The notes under the pieces were generated by a model. It had not been told where the DNA came from and did not search any database. It saw nothing but the letters and a program-made list of their open reading frames with translations. Source: Bacilli bacterium (GTDB lineage: Bacteria; Bacillota_I; Bacilli_A; RF39; UBA660). From it: 64,000 nt of DNA. Shown here one piece after another: positions 20,384 to 30,090 of this stretch; positions within the stretch are counted from its first letter, which is position 1; every line of letters starts with the position of its first letter. The position numbers and the translations under genes are program-made. The stretch covers positions 141,708 through 205,707 of the forward strand of contig JAFQCG010000005.1 of the NCBI GenBank assembly GCA_017416535.1, read 5' to 3'.

Positions 20384-22126
20384 CTATTTTTCTAATATTT
20401 GTTTACTTAATTCTTTCCAATCATTATCTTTGAATTCTTTAATTAATTCTTTATCTTCTTCGAAGAATATTATTGTTCCTTTTTGAACTTCTCTTAAATC
20501 TTCTTTTTCTCTTATAACTTTAACGTTATTACTATTTAATTTATATTTTGATAAGTATGATAAGAAGTTATAGTCTTTTTTAGGAAAAGACTCATATACG
20601 TAGTAACTTTTATTTTTTTCAAAATCTTTATAATCTTTTAAGATAATATCATATCTATTTACTTTTGAACCTTTATAACTATCATTTCCTATTAATGATT
20701 TAAAACTGCCCGGGAAAATAAATATTGTTGATAGCATTAATAATATTGATGATATTGTAATGAATTTTATATTCTTATTATTATTTTTATATCCTAGTAT
20801 ATAGAAGAATACTATTCCAATAATTATTATAATGGCTGCTGTCATATATCTTTCATAACCAGAGAAATCTATTGCTTCTGAGAATGGCATTGATGTTAAA
20901 TACATAACTCCAATTACTCCCCAGTATACTAAATATAAAATATCCACAGTTATTGTTAATAAAAGTACATTTTTCTTTTCTTTTTTATCTTTTTCAAAGA
21001 AATAGAACATTAATAATAATGCGTTAATTATTAATATATAAACATTTGATATGTTATCTTTTAGTGTAAATAAATGAAATATATAATTCTTTGTTAGTAA
21101 AAGTAATTTATCCCAACCTTTTGTTCTTAACGAAAGAATTACATTATCTGTACTTAGAGAATGTTTTGAATATAAAGACATGTCACCAAAAACTAGTTTT
21201 ACATGACTTTGCCAGATAAGTAAGAAGGCTGTTACTGTTAATAATGTAATTGCTGCGTACTTTAATCCTTTTTTTAATTCTTTATTTTGTTTTGCTAAGT
21301 ATAGTAAATAAATACAATTAAATGCGACTATTAAGAATCCTGTGTTTTTTACTAAGAAGACAAATATTGATATTGGTAATGAATAAAGGAATCCTTTTTT
21401 TATATCTTTTTTATAGTGTGTTAATATTGCTAAAGATGAAATAGCCATTGTTGATACCATTGCATCTACTAATAAGTCATTAAATCTAATTGATACTGTC
21501 ATTATAAATATATAAAAAATAGTTATTAAAATATTTTTTAGTACTTTTGTATTTGATTTTATAAAATTAAATAATGGAATTAAGAATGCAAATGTTAAAT
21601 AGTTTTGTGCTACTATCATTGATGCTTCTTGTTTACCTGTTAGAAATCCATAAAGATATGTAAAACATGCACTTCCCGGTTGATATCCTTTAAAGAATAT
21701 TACTGTATCTTCAAAATTTGGAAGTGATCCTTCTAAAAACATATTTTTTATAATTAGTCCCCAATGAGAAAAATTATCATAGTGAGTTAAATGCATATTC
21801 ATTCCAACTAAAGTTATATATGTAAATATAATTATTGGAATAAATACAGATGGTTTCTTTATATTTTCCTTTAAATCTTTAATTGTAGGTTTTTCTTTAT
21901 AAGTATAATAACCAAATAATATAATCCCTATTAGTATTAAAGATATTGTTACTAATGGAATCATATTCAAAATACCAGCTATAAAAACAATTATTCCTAA
22001 TAAAGAAAATGTTATAGGTAATAAGAATAGTTTTTCAATACTAAATTTTTTATCTAATATTTTCATATATCCTAATATAACTATCCAAAATAAAATTGTT
22101 CCTATTATTAATTGCATTACTATCAC
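20384..22126 (-). CDS. large polytopic membrane protein, possibly a GT-C-type glycosyltransferase or polymerase of the wall-polysaccharide cluster
   Basis: 580 aa with about 14 TM helices and an HYDNFSHW loop; last gene of the minus-strand cluster. Family not resolved. Confidence 0.4.
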   Translation of the reverse strand: MIVMQLIIGTILFWIVILGYMKILDKKFSIEKLFLLPITFSLLGIIVFIAGILNMIPLVTISLILIGIILFGYYTYKEKPTIKDLKENIKKPSVFIPIIIFTYITLVGMNMHLTHYDNFSHWGLIIKNMFLEGSLPNFEDTVIFFKGYQPGSACFTYLYGFLTGKQEASMIVAQNYLTFAFLIPLFNFIKSNTKVLKNILITIFYIFIMTVSIRFNDLLVDAMVSTMAISSLAILTHYKKDIKKGFLYSLPISIFVFLVKNTGFLIVAFNCIYLLYLAKQNKELKKGLKYAAITLLTVTAFLLIWQSHVKLVFGDMSLYSKHSLSTDNVILSLRTKGWDKLLLLTKNYIFHLFTLKDNISNVYILIINALLLMFYFFEKDKKEKKNVLLLTITVDILYLVYWGVIGVMYLTSMPFSEAIDFSGYERYMTAAIIIIIGIVFFYILGYKNNNKNIKFITISSILLMLSTIFIFPGSFKSLIGNDSYKGSKVNRYDIILKDYKDFEKNKSYYVYESFPKKDYNFLSYLSKYKLNSNNVKVIREKEDLREVQKGTIIFFEEDKELIKEFKDNDWKELSKQILEK

Positions 22127-22268
22127 CTTTTTTTACATTTTGTATTAATAATATTGTAACATAAGAGATTGTTGCTTGTACATTTATTTACAAAAATAGT
22201 CTCTCTATTTGTTTATATTTTTCATGATATATTATATAATGTAATATATAAGATAATGGAGGTATTTA

Positions 22269-24149
22269 ATGGCAAGAAAAAAGAAAAGTAAATCTGATGA
22301 TTTTATAAAAATAGAAGAAAAAGATAAAAAGGTTGTTATAGAAGAAGTTAAGAAGGAAGAAAAAAAGAATGTTGAGATTCCTAGAAATAAAATTTATAAA
22401 CATCCTTTAACGAACTTTGTTTTAGTTCTTGTATTACTTAGTAGTTTAGCTTTCTTTATAATTGGTCTATTTTTTGAGAAAGATTATTCTATTACTAGTA
22501 TGATAAGTAGTTTGTTGCTTGTAGTTTTCTCACTACTTTATGTTACTTTCTCAATGACAATTAATAGAAAGAATAAATCGATTATTCTACTTAGTGGTTT
22601 ATTCTTATTGGGATATTTTACTTATGGTAGTTTACTTACTCTAGAAGTTTTTAAAATTCCAAATAATAGAGTTTTAGATTTTTCTGGAATGGAACTTACA
22701 GAAGTTATTAGCTGGAGTGAAGAAAATAAAATTGATATAGTTCAAGATTATGAGTACAGTGATATGATTAGTGAATATCATATTATAAGTCAAAGTGTTA
22801 GAGCTGGTACTAAACTTAACGGTTTAAAAAGTCTTACAGTTGCAGTTAGTGAAGGACCTAACCCTTCTAAAGAAGTAGCTGTTCCAAATATGGTTAATTG
22901 GGAAAGTGAACGTGTATTAGAATTTATAAAGAATAATTATTTATCTAATGTTGATGTTGATTTTGAAGAATCTTCTAAACAAAAAGATACTGTTATTGAA
23001 CAAAATAAGAGTGGTAATATGAGAAGAAATGAAGAGTTAGAATTAGTATTCTCATATGGAGAAGAACTTGGATTTGATGAAGTTAAACTAAGAGATTTAA
23101 GTGGTATGACTGAGTTTGAAGCAAAGTTTTATTTAAAACAAAATCAATTAAAATATAAATTTGAAGAAGTTTTCTCAAGTAAAGTTAAGAAAGGTCTTGT
23201 TGTTAAACAAGATGTTAAACCTGGTACTATGGTAGCAGTTAATGATGATAGAATTACTGTTAGTATTAGTAAGGGTCCTGAAATTAAGATTCCTGATTTA
23301 AAAGGAATGAGTATGACTGATATTACTGAATGGGTAATTAAGAATAAATTAAAATTAGAATTTACTGATAAGTATGATGATTCTATTGAAGAAAATTCGG
23401 TTATTAGTGCTAATTATAAAGAAGGAGAAATTGTTGCTGAGGGTACTGAAATTGAAGTAGTAATTTCTCGAGGAAAATTAATTATGCCTGAGTTTAAGTC
23501 TTATAATGACTTTAAGGAATGGGCTGATAAGTATGATATTAGATATGAAGAAAAACATGAATTTAGTAGTTCAGTAAAAGCTGGTGAAGCTATTAAATAT
23601 TCATATAAAACTGGTGATACAATTAGAAATAATGATCCAGTAGTTGTTACTGTATCTGATGGAAAAGAATCAAGTGTTCCAAGTGTTGTAGGTCTTTCTA
23701 AAGATGCAGCTGCTTCTAAGTTAAAGAGTGCAGGGTTTGGATATGGATTTGTTTATAGTTATAGTAGTACAGTTAGTAAAGGTAAAGTTATTAGACAATC
23801 AATAAGTGCTGGTTCTAAGGTAGCTGAAGGTACAACTATTACAGTTACAATTAGTAATGGTAAGAAACCTTCAAGTAGTTCTAGTAGTTCAAGTTCATCA
23901 GGAAGTAGTTCTTCTAAGCCGACTTGTGATACATCTAAAGGTTCTGCATTAAATATTCAAAATGGCTCTTCTGGAAGCCAAACAGTATCGATGATTAAAC
24001 AACTGAATCCAAATCATAAGTTCTCATTTAATTATGTTACGTCATGTCCTAATGGAAGTATTGCCCCCGGCTCTGTATGTAATGGTGCAGAACTTGATGG
24101 TGTATGGAAAAATTATTGCAATACAATAACTATTACAATTATTAAGTAA
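22269..24149 (+). CDS. membrane-anchored multi-PASTA-domain protein without a kinase or PBP domain; Ser-rich linker and Cys-containing C-terminal domain
   Basis: N-terminal TM, then at least 4 PASTA-like repeats (for example KIPDLKGMSMTDITEWVIKNKLKLEF...GEIVAEGTEIEVVISRG), S10GSSSS, then a C-terminal 6-Cys domain. Confidence 0.65.
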   Translation: MARKKKSKSDDFIKIEEKDKKVVIEEVKKEEKKNVEIPRNKIYKHPLTNFVLVLVLLSSLAFFIIGLFFEKDYSITSMISSLLLVVFSLLYVTFSMTINRKNKSIILLSGLFLLGYFTYGSLLTLEVFKIPNNRVLDFSGMELTEVISWSEENKIDIVQDYEYSDMISEYHIISQSVRAGTKLNGLKSLTVAVSEGPNPSKEVAVPNMVNWESERVLEFIKNNYLSNVDVDFEESSKQKDTVIEQNKSGNMRRNEELELVFSYGEELGFDEVKLRDLSGMTEFEAKFYLKQNQLKYKFEEVFSSKVKKGLVVKQDVKPGTMVAVNDDRITVSISKGPEIKIPDLKGMSMTDITEWVIKNKLKLEFTDKYDDSIEENSVISANYKEGEIVAEGTEIEVVISRGKLIMPEFKSYNDFKEWADKYDIRYEEKHEFSSSVKAGEAIKYSYKTGDTIRNNDPVVVTVSDGKESSVPSVVGLSKDAAASKLKSAGFGYGFVYSYSSTVSKGKVIRQSISAGSKVAEGTTITVTISNGKKPSSSSSSSSSSGSSSSKPTCDTSKGSALNIQNGSSGSQTVSMIKQLNPNHKFSFNYVTSCPNGSIAPGSVCNGAELDGVWKNYCNTITITIIK

Positions 24150-24155
24150 AAACAA

Positions 24156-24183
24156 AAGATAAGATTTGCTCTTATCTTTTTTA
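24156..24183 (+). terminator. terminator (AAGATAAGA..TCTTATCTT plus U6) for the PASTA gene
   Basis: Stem-loop followed by TTTTTT. Confidence 0.6.
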
Positions 24184-24188
24184 TTCAT

Positions 24189-24213
24189 TAAAAAAGAGGA
24201 TTTTTAATCCTCT
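24189..24213 (-). terminator. terminator (AGAGGATT..AATCCTCT plus U6) for the autolysin gene
   Basis: Stem-loop followed by a T-run on minus; convergent with the previous terminator. Confidence 0.55.
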
Positions 24214-27200
24214 AATTTGTTACTTTCATTTCTATTCTATTTCCTTTAGACAAATTAATAGAGAATGAATAGTTCTTATTATTAATAGTTTTCTTTACTG
24301 GTTCTAAGCTTCTACCTAGTTTTTCGGTAAACTCTGAATAATCAGTTATATTAGAACTTGTTGTTATATAAATTACATACTCTCCTACCGGGATATCTGA
24401 TATATCTATTTTCTTATCAAACCAAGCTTTTGTTTTATCTAATTTATCATCTACTGGTAAGAACACTTGATAATTCCCGTCAATAATACTATCTAATGAT
24501 TTAGTATATTTTTTATATGTTGATTTATTTTCAAATACAATATTTCTTATTACATTAATGCTCTTTGATAAATCCATTCCATATGAATAACTATTACCTC
24601 TTATGTATAAATAATCATCACTAAATTCAAATTTAGTATATTTAGTATATTGATTATAAATATAAGAACTGTTTTTATCAGCAATTGCTTCATCTCTTAC
24701 TTTTAATTCTACATATGAAGTTGATGAATCATAGTTATTACTGATTGTTGCTTCATTGGTAGCGCTTTCTACTTTAGTAGATTGTGGTTTATAAGAATTA
24801 TTATTTACTAATTCCTTTACATAATATAAATCAGTTTCTGCATAAGCATAGAATTGATAATTACCTACTGGCAGATTATCTACATCTACTTCAGCATTAA
24901 ACCATGAATATGTATAATCTTTTCCATCTGGGCTATAAACACTTTTAGGAATGTCTTCTTTTTTAGTAATTCTTGTTCCTTCTACTTTTATTTCTTCATT
25001 TGTATCAATATTTAAAAATATTAAAGTATAGTTAATGTCTATATTTAAATTATTATCTATACCGTAAATTGCTTCATATCCTTGAATTAGAAGTTTATTA
25101 TCTTTTGTTTTTATATAATTTAAATTAAATAATCCTTTTGTTTCTTCTTTTACAATTTCTTCTACTGAAATCTTAATAGTTTTTTCTACTGTGTGGTTGT
25201 ATGAATCTGTTACTTGATATGTTACTTCATATGTTCCTAATTCTTCTGTATTTACAGTATTTTTAATTACTTTGATGTTTTTTGTAATATCTCCATCTTC
25301 TTTGTCAGTAGCTGTTACTCCATTTAATTCATTAAATGTACTTCCAATGTTTACTTTTTTATCATTTGCATTAATTACTGGTTTTTCATCTTCAACAACT
25401 GTAACTGTAATTATTTTTGTTGTGGTGTGATTATTGTTATCTGTTACTTCATATGTAACTTTATATGTACCAGGTGTATCTGTTTTAACTGTGTTTTCTT
25501 TTACTGTTACTTTTCCAGTAATTGAACCATCTTCTGCATCTGTTGCAGTTACACCTTCTAATTCTTTAAATTCTTTACCTTGAGTAATTGTTTTATCTTT
25601 TGCATTAATTACTGGTGCTTGATTTTCTGCATAGTAATTATATTTTGTTATTTTAACATCTGGTGCTTTAGCAAGTGTCCAACCATATATATTACTTGAA
25701 CCACTTAAGTTAACTGGTACTTTGTACCAAAGTTCACCAGATACTGTTTTTTCTTCAAGTATTGGCGTATATGCATAATGATATAGTCCACTGATATGAC
25801 CATCTAGTTTATCAATTGTTGTTGGGGTAACTATTGTATAAGTATTTACTCCATCAACTGTTACGCTTGCTTGTCCGTATGCAGAAGTTATAAATTTGAT
25901 TGAATCTGCACTTACCCAGTGTTTTTGATCATATTTATAATCTGATGTTACTAAGTAAGCTACTGGTTTTTTATTTTCATCATAAGCAGTTGTGAATACC
26001 ATTACATATCTATTATTTAATAATGTTTGTCCTTTTTTAGATATTAATGTTGGGTCATAATAATATGGTGTATCTTTTACTGATACTGCAACTTTTGGTT
26101 TGATTGTTGCATTTTTTATATATAAATCATATGTATAATTTTTATCTTTATGTTCTGGTACATCATTTGGTGATATGTATCCATTTTCCCCTGTATTTGT
26201 TTTTAATACATAAGCAGCTGGAATATAAACATACGAATCCCAGTTATAATATCCTGATGTTTTCTTATTAAAGTTTGCATCTATATTCATATCTGATACA
26301 ACTTTGTACCAAATTTTATTTCCATTTACTTCTTCACCTTCTACTTCTTCTAGTAGGACTAATCCGACTTCTGATGAAGGATAAGTAAATACTGATTTAG
26401 CACTTGTTTTAGGAGCTGCTTTTGCTGCTGTTGAACGTGTTGTTATTCCTGTTTGATAGAAGTTATAATCTTGTAGTCCATATGCTTTATCTAGGAAATA
26501 ATAGTTAGAAGCCATTTTTTCTCCCCAATAAACATCTGAGGCATACTTAACATTCATCCCTACTCTTTTATCTCCATTTTGGGATCCAAAGTATCGCCAA
26601 TCTTCTGGGTTAGAGTATCCATATGTTACCCATGAATTACTATAATCATAAATACTTTGAGCAAAAGTTGGGAACCAATTAGCTGCTTGGGTTGGATTAG
26701 AATCGACTGCATTTAATCCAAAACCATTATTTTTATTTATTGATAAATTACTTGTACCATTACCCGATTCATTTCTACTTACACCAAATGATAATAATGC
26801 ATTTGCTCCATACAATTCTTGGGCATTATAGAAGAACGCTCCTTTTCCGTACAAACGCGATGAATTGATATTTTGATGTGTTGCACTAGCTGTACCATAT
26901 ACATCTCTTCCCTTTTTCAATGATGTTCTAACATATTCATCAATATTAATACTTGAATACGTTGTTCTTGTATGTTGAGGTAGGAATTGATAATAATTAT
27001 AATATGGTTTATCTGGATTTACTGAATTTGCATAAGTATTATTCTTATAATCAGTAACCATTGTATATCTATCTTTATAGAAATAGTGTCCATCATAACT
27101 ATAATAAGTTCCTTTTGATAACATTTCTGGTTTTGGACCAATTGTAGATCCTTGACTTCCTGAATATGTATTTTGAATTTTATTAACATAATTATGACGT

Positions 27201-27751
27201 ATTGATGAATCAGAAACAGTATAACTACTTGATGACTTTACCCATACTAATGGTACAATTTCATGAGCACTTAATTTTACCCATCCTTTATATCCATTAA
27301 TTTTTATCTTCATAACAAATGTTCCTGCTTTACTTGAATATGTAATTGATAAAAGTGCTGCATCTACTCCACCATATCCACTTTCACCTACCATATATGT
27401 ATGAGCATTACTAAGACTCGCTGAATCAAATATATCAAATGTTCCAGAGGGATGAGTTAAGTCTACTAATGCAGACATAGCATTAAATATTTTTACTTTT
27501 CCACTTTGAGTTCCAAGAACGGCTAAGTCTTTACGTCCATCTGCTTTCATCGCAGCATTTGCTTTATCATATGTATCGTGACAACTTACTTTTTCTATTG
27601 AACCATCTGATTTAAATAAAGCTAGTTCATAAGTTCCACATAGTTTTCTACTAGCATAAGTACTCTTGTCATATGCATATGTATCTTTTATGCTAAACAA
27701 ACTTAATAATGTTAATATTGAAAAAAATAATAATTTCTTCTTCATATGCAT
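24212..27751 (-). CDS. large secreted cell-wall hydrolase: GH73 N-acetylglucosaminidase (LytD/AcmA-like) with SH3b-like and two tandem DUF5011 Ig-like domains
   Basis: Signal peptide MHMKKKLLFFSILTLLSLFS. GH73-like block YGANALLSFGVSRNESGNG...NNGFGLNAVDS...YASDVYWGEKMAS. Two Ig-like repeats (TPGTYKVTYEVTDNNNHTTTKIITVTV and ELGTYEVTYQVTDSYNHTVEKTIKISV). 1179 aa. Confidence 0.7.
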   Translation of the reverse strand: MHMKKKLLFFSILTLLSLFSIKDTYAYDKSTYASRKLCGTYELALFKSDGSIEKVSCHDTYDKANAAMKADGRKDLAVLGTQSGKVKIFNAMSALVDLTHPSGTFDIFDSASLSNAHTYMVGESGYGGVDAALLSITYSSKAGTFVMKIKINGYKGWVKLSAHEIVPLVWVKSSSSYTVSDSSIRHNYVNKIQNTYSGSQGSTIGPKPEMLSKGTYYSYDGHYFYKDRYTMVTDYKNNTYANSVNPDKPYYNYYQFLPQHTRTTYSSINIDEYVRTSLKKGRDVYGTASATHQNINSSRLYGKGAFFYNAQELYGANALLSFGVSRNESGNGTSNLSINKNNGFGLNAVDSNPTQAANWFPTFAQSIYDYSNSWVTYGYSNPEDWRYFGSQNGDKRVGMNVKYASDVYWGEKMASNYYFLDKAYGLQDYNFYQTGITTRSTAAKAAPKTSAKSVFTYPSSEVGLVLLEEVEGEEVNGNKIWYKVVSDMNIDANFNKKTSGYYNWDSYVYIPAAYVLKTNTGENGYISPNDVPEHKDKNYTYDLYIKNATIKPKVAVSVKDTPYYYDPTLISKKGQTLLNNRYVMVFTTAYDENKKPVAYLVTSDYKYDQKHWVSADSIKFITSAYGQASVTVDGVNTYTIVTPTTIDKLDGHISGLYHYAYTPILEEKTVSGELWYKVPVNLSGSSNIYGWTLAKAPDVKITKYNYYAENQAPVINAKDKTITQGKEFKELEGVTATDAEDGSITGKVTVKENTVKTDTPGTYKVTYEVTDNNNHTTTKIITVTVVEDEKPVINANDKKVNIGSTFNELNGVTATDKEDGDITKNIKVIKNTVNTEELGTYEVTYQVTDSYNHTVEKTIKISVEEIVKEETKGLFNLNYIKTKDNKLLIQGYEAIYGIDNNLNIDINYTLIFLNIDTNEEIKVEGTRITKKEDIPKSVYSPDGKDYTYSWFNAEVDVDNLPVGNYQFYAYAETDLYYVKELVNNNSYKPQSTKVESATNEATISNNYDSSTSYVELKVRDEAIADKNSSYIYNQYTKYTKFEFSDDYLYIRGNSYSYGMDLSKSINVIRNIVFENKSTYKKYTKSLDSIIDGNYQVFLPVDDKLDKTKAWFDKKIDISDIPVGEYVIYITTSSNITDYSEFTEKLGRSLEPVKKTINNKNYSFSINLSKGNRIEMKVTN

Positions 27752-27945
27752 AGACCTCCATCTTATTATTCAATTATATTATAACAAATATATATTTTCA
27801 TTTAAAATATTAGATTGTTTTTTCACATTATTTTACATATTTTTTACAAGAGAATTATTTTATTTAAATTGGTCTTTTTCCAACCTTGAAAAATTAACAT
27901 AAATTAGATATAATTTATTATAGAATTGCAGATGGGAGGTTACTT

Positions 27946-30045
27946 ATGTTTAAAAAGAAAGAACCTAAAGAAAAGAAAGAGAAAAAAGTTAAAGAAAAAA
28001 AAGTAAAAGAAAAGAAAATTAAAAAAGAAGAAGAAACTGAAAAAGAAGTAAAAGTTAAGAAGTTCTCTTTTGGTATATTTATATTTACAATACTATTGTT
28101 ATTAGCAATTGGTTGTAGTGGATTTTGTATATATCAAATTTTATTACTTAGTGGTATTGAAAATCTAATTAGATATATAGTTATTGGACTTATTGCTTTA
28201 ATTGATTTAGTTTTTATTATTAAACTTCTTTTAATAAAAAGTAATAGAAAGAAGAATAAGAAAAAGAAAAAACATATTGGATATGGTATTGCGATGTTCT
28301 TATTTGCAGGATTATGCTTTGCAGCAGGTTTTGTAATTAATTACTTTTATAGTAAAGTTGCTAATATGAATAGTGATTTAGTTACTTACTCTTCTAGTTT
28401 ACTTGTAATGTCTGATGATAAGGCTACTAAGATTGAAGATATTGTTGATTATGAAATTGGTATTTTAGAAGATGATAAATCACCTGAAGGATATATTATT
28501 CCACAAGAAATTGTTAAGGAACATTCACTTCATGATACAAATGTAATTAAATCGTATGATAATTACTCATCTATGTTAGTTGATATGTATGCTGGTGAAC
28601 TTGATGCAATGTTTATTACTAGTGATTATGTTGATTTATATTCAGATATTACTGGTTATGAAGATATTGCTACTGATACAAAAGTTATTATTAGTAAAGA
28701 TAAAGAAATGAAGAAGTCGGAAACATCTAAAGTTGAAGTTGCTTCTGCTAAGAAGTCAGTTACTGAACCATTTACCATATTGTTAATGGGAATTGATTCT
28801 ACCGCTGAGGTATTATCTAAGAAAGCGGTTGCTAATGGGGATACATTAATATTAGTTACATTTAATCCCAAAACATTAAACGCTACAATGTTATCTATTC
28901 CTAGAGATAGTTATGTACCTATTGCTTGTTGGGCAAATAAAGCAGAAAATAAAATTACACATGCTGCAGGTTATGGTAATGATTGTATGATTAATACAAT
29001 TCAAAATTACTTTGGTATTAAAATTGATTATTATGCAAAGATTAATTTTAAAGGATTAGTTAAATTAGTTAATGCTGTTGGTGGCGTTGAGGTAGATGTA
29101 CCTACTAAGTTATGTACTGATAACTCATCTCGTGGTGGAAAAATTTGTATTAAAGCTGGTCGTCAAACACTTAACGGTGAACAAGCATTAGTATTCGCAA
29201 GAAATAGAAAACAACTTGTTAATGGTGATTTTGGTAGAGCTCAACATCAACAAGAAATTATTATGGCATTAATTAATAAGATGAAAACAATTACTAAGGT
29301 TAGTCAATTTACTTCTATCCTTGATACAGTATCAAAGAGTTTAGACACTAACTTAACTACTAAACAAATATTAGAATTTTATAACGTTGGTAAAGATATT
29401 ATAAAGAAGAGTTCAAGTGCTGAACATTCTAACTTAATTAATATTCAACAATTATATTTACAAGGAAATAGTCAAATGATTTATGATGAAGGTATGAGAA
29501 TGGTTTTATATAACTATGTGCCTAATAAATCTAGTAAAGCTGATATAGTTAAGGCTATGAAACAAAATCTTGAATTAACTGGTCATTCTGATGTTAAGAC
29601 ATTTAGTTTCTCTGTTAATTCTAAATATGAAAAGAACGTTATTGGAAAAGGGCCTTATAGAACTGGTTCTGGATTATATAGATTATTACCTAGCTTTATA
29701 GGAATGTCTGCTAGTGCTGCAGAAGCTAAGGCTAAGAGTTTAGGTTTATCTGTTATATTTATTGGTGAAGAAGGAAAAGTAAAAGAACAAAATTATCCAG
29801 CTAATAAGAGAATGGATAAGATTGGTGGACCTTTATATTTAACATTATCTGGTCCTACTAAAGTTGAAACTCCTGAAGTTGTTGATCCTGGTACTGGAGA
29901 AGGTACTGGAGATGCTACTGGTGGAGATAATACTACTCCTGGTGGCACAACGACTGATAATAATACAAATCCTACACCTACAGAGCCAACACCAAGTACT
30001 CCTACACCAGATAATAGTGGAGAAAATACAAATGGAGCTTCTTAG
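27946..30045 (+). CDS. LytR-CpsA-Psr (LCP) family cell-wall polymer phosphotransferase with K/E-rich cytoplasmic N-terminus and Pro/Thr-rich C-tail
   Basis: FTILLMGIDST...SIPRDSYVPI...HAAGYG...FKGLVKLVNAVGGVEVDVP (LCP core). N-terminal KEKKEKKVKEKKVKEKK repeats then a TM helix. C-terminal TPTEPTPSTPTP. Confidence 0.85.
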   Translation: MFKKKEPKEKKEKKVKEKKVKEKKIKKEEETEKEVKVKKFSFGIFIFTILLLLAIGCSGFCIYQILLLSGIENLIRYIVIGLIALIDLVFIIKLLLIKSNRKKNKKKKKHIGYGIAMFLFAGLCFAAGFVINYFYSKVANMNSDLVTYSSSLLVMSDDKATKIEDIVDYEIGILEDDKSPEGYIIPQEIVKEHSLHDTNVIKSYDNYSSMLVDMYAGELDAMFITSDYVDLYSDITGYEDIATDTKVIISKDKEMKKSETSKVEVASAKKSVTEPFTILLMGIDSTAEVLSKKAVANGDTLILVTFNPKTLNATMLSIPRDSYVPIACWANKAENKITHAAGYGNDCMINTIQNYFGIKIDYYAKINFKGLVKLVNAVGGVEVDVPTKLCTDNSSRGGKICIKAGRQTLNGEQALVFARNRKQLVNGDFGRAQHQQEIIMALINKMKTITKVSQFTSILDTVSKSLDTNLTTKQILEFYNVGKDIIKKSSSAEHSNLINIQQLYLQGNSQMIYDEGMRMVLYNYVPNKSSKADIVKAMKQNLELTGHSDVKTFSFSVNSKYEKNVIGKGPYRTGSGLYRLLPSFIGMSASAAEAKAKSLGLSVIFIGEEGKVKEQNYPANKRMDKIGGPLYLTLSGPTKVETPEVVDPGTGEGTGDATGGDNTTPGGTTTDNNTNPTPTEPTPSTPTPDNSGENTNGAS

Positions 30046-30062
30046 GAAGCTTCTTTTTTTTG

Positions 30063-30090
30063 CATAAAAAAAGAAGACTAAGTCTTCTTT
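30063..30090. terminator. bidirectional terminator (AAAGAAGACT.AGTCTTCTTT) between convergent genes
   Basis: Palindrome flanked by A-runs and T-runs on both strands. Confidence 0.5.

Noticed and set aside
23870-23925. Poly-Ser-encoding tract (AGT/TCT repeats) that superficially looks like a microsatellite
   Set aside because: It is in frame and encodes a Ser-rich linker of the PASTA protein. It is not a repeat element or CRISPR.
27952-28035. GAAAAG/AAAGAA low-complexity DNA repeat
   Set aside because: It encodes the K/E-rich N-terminus of the LCP protein and is not a regulatory repeat array.
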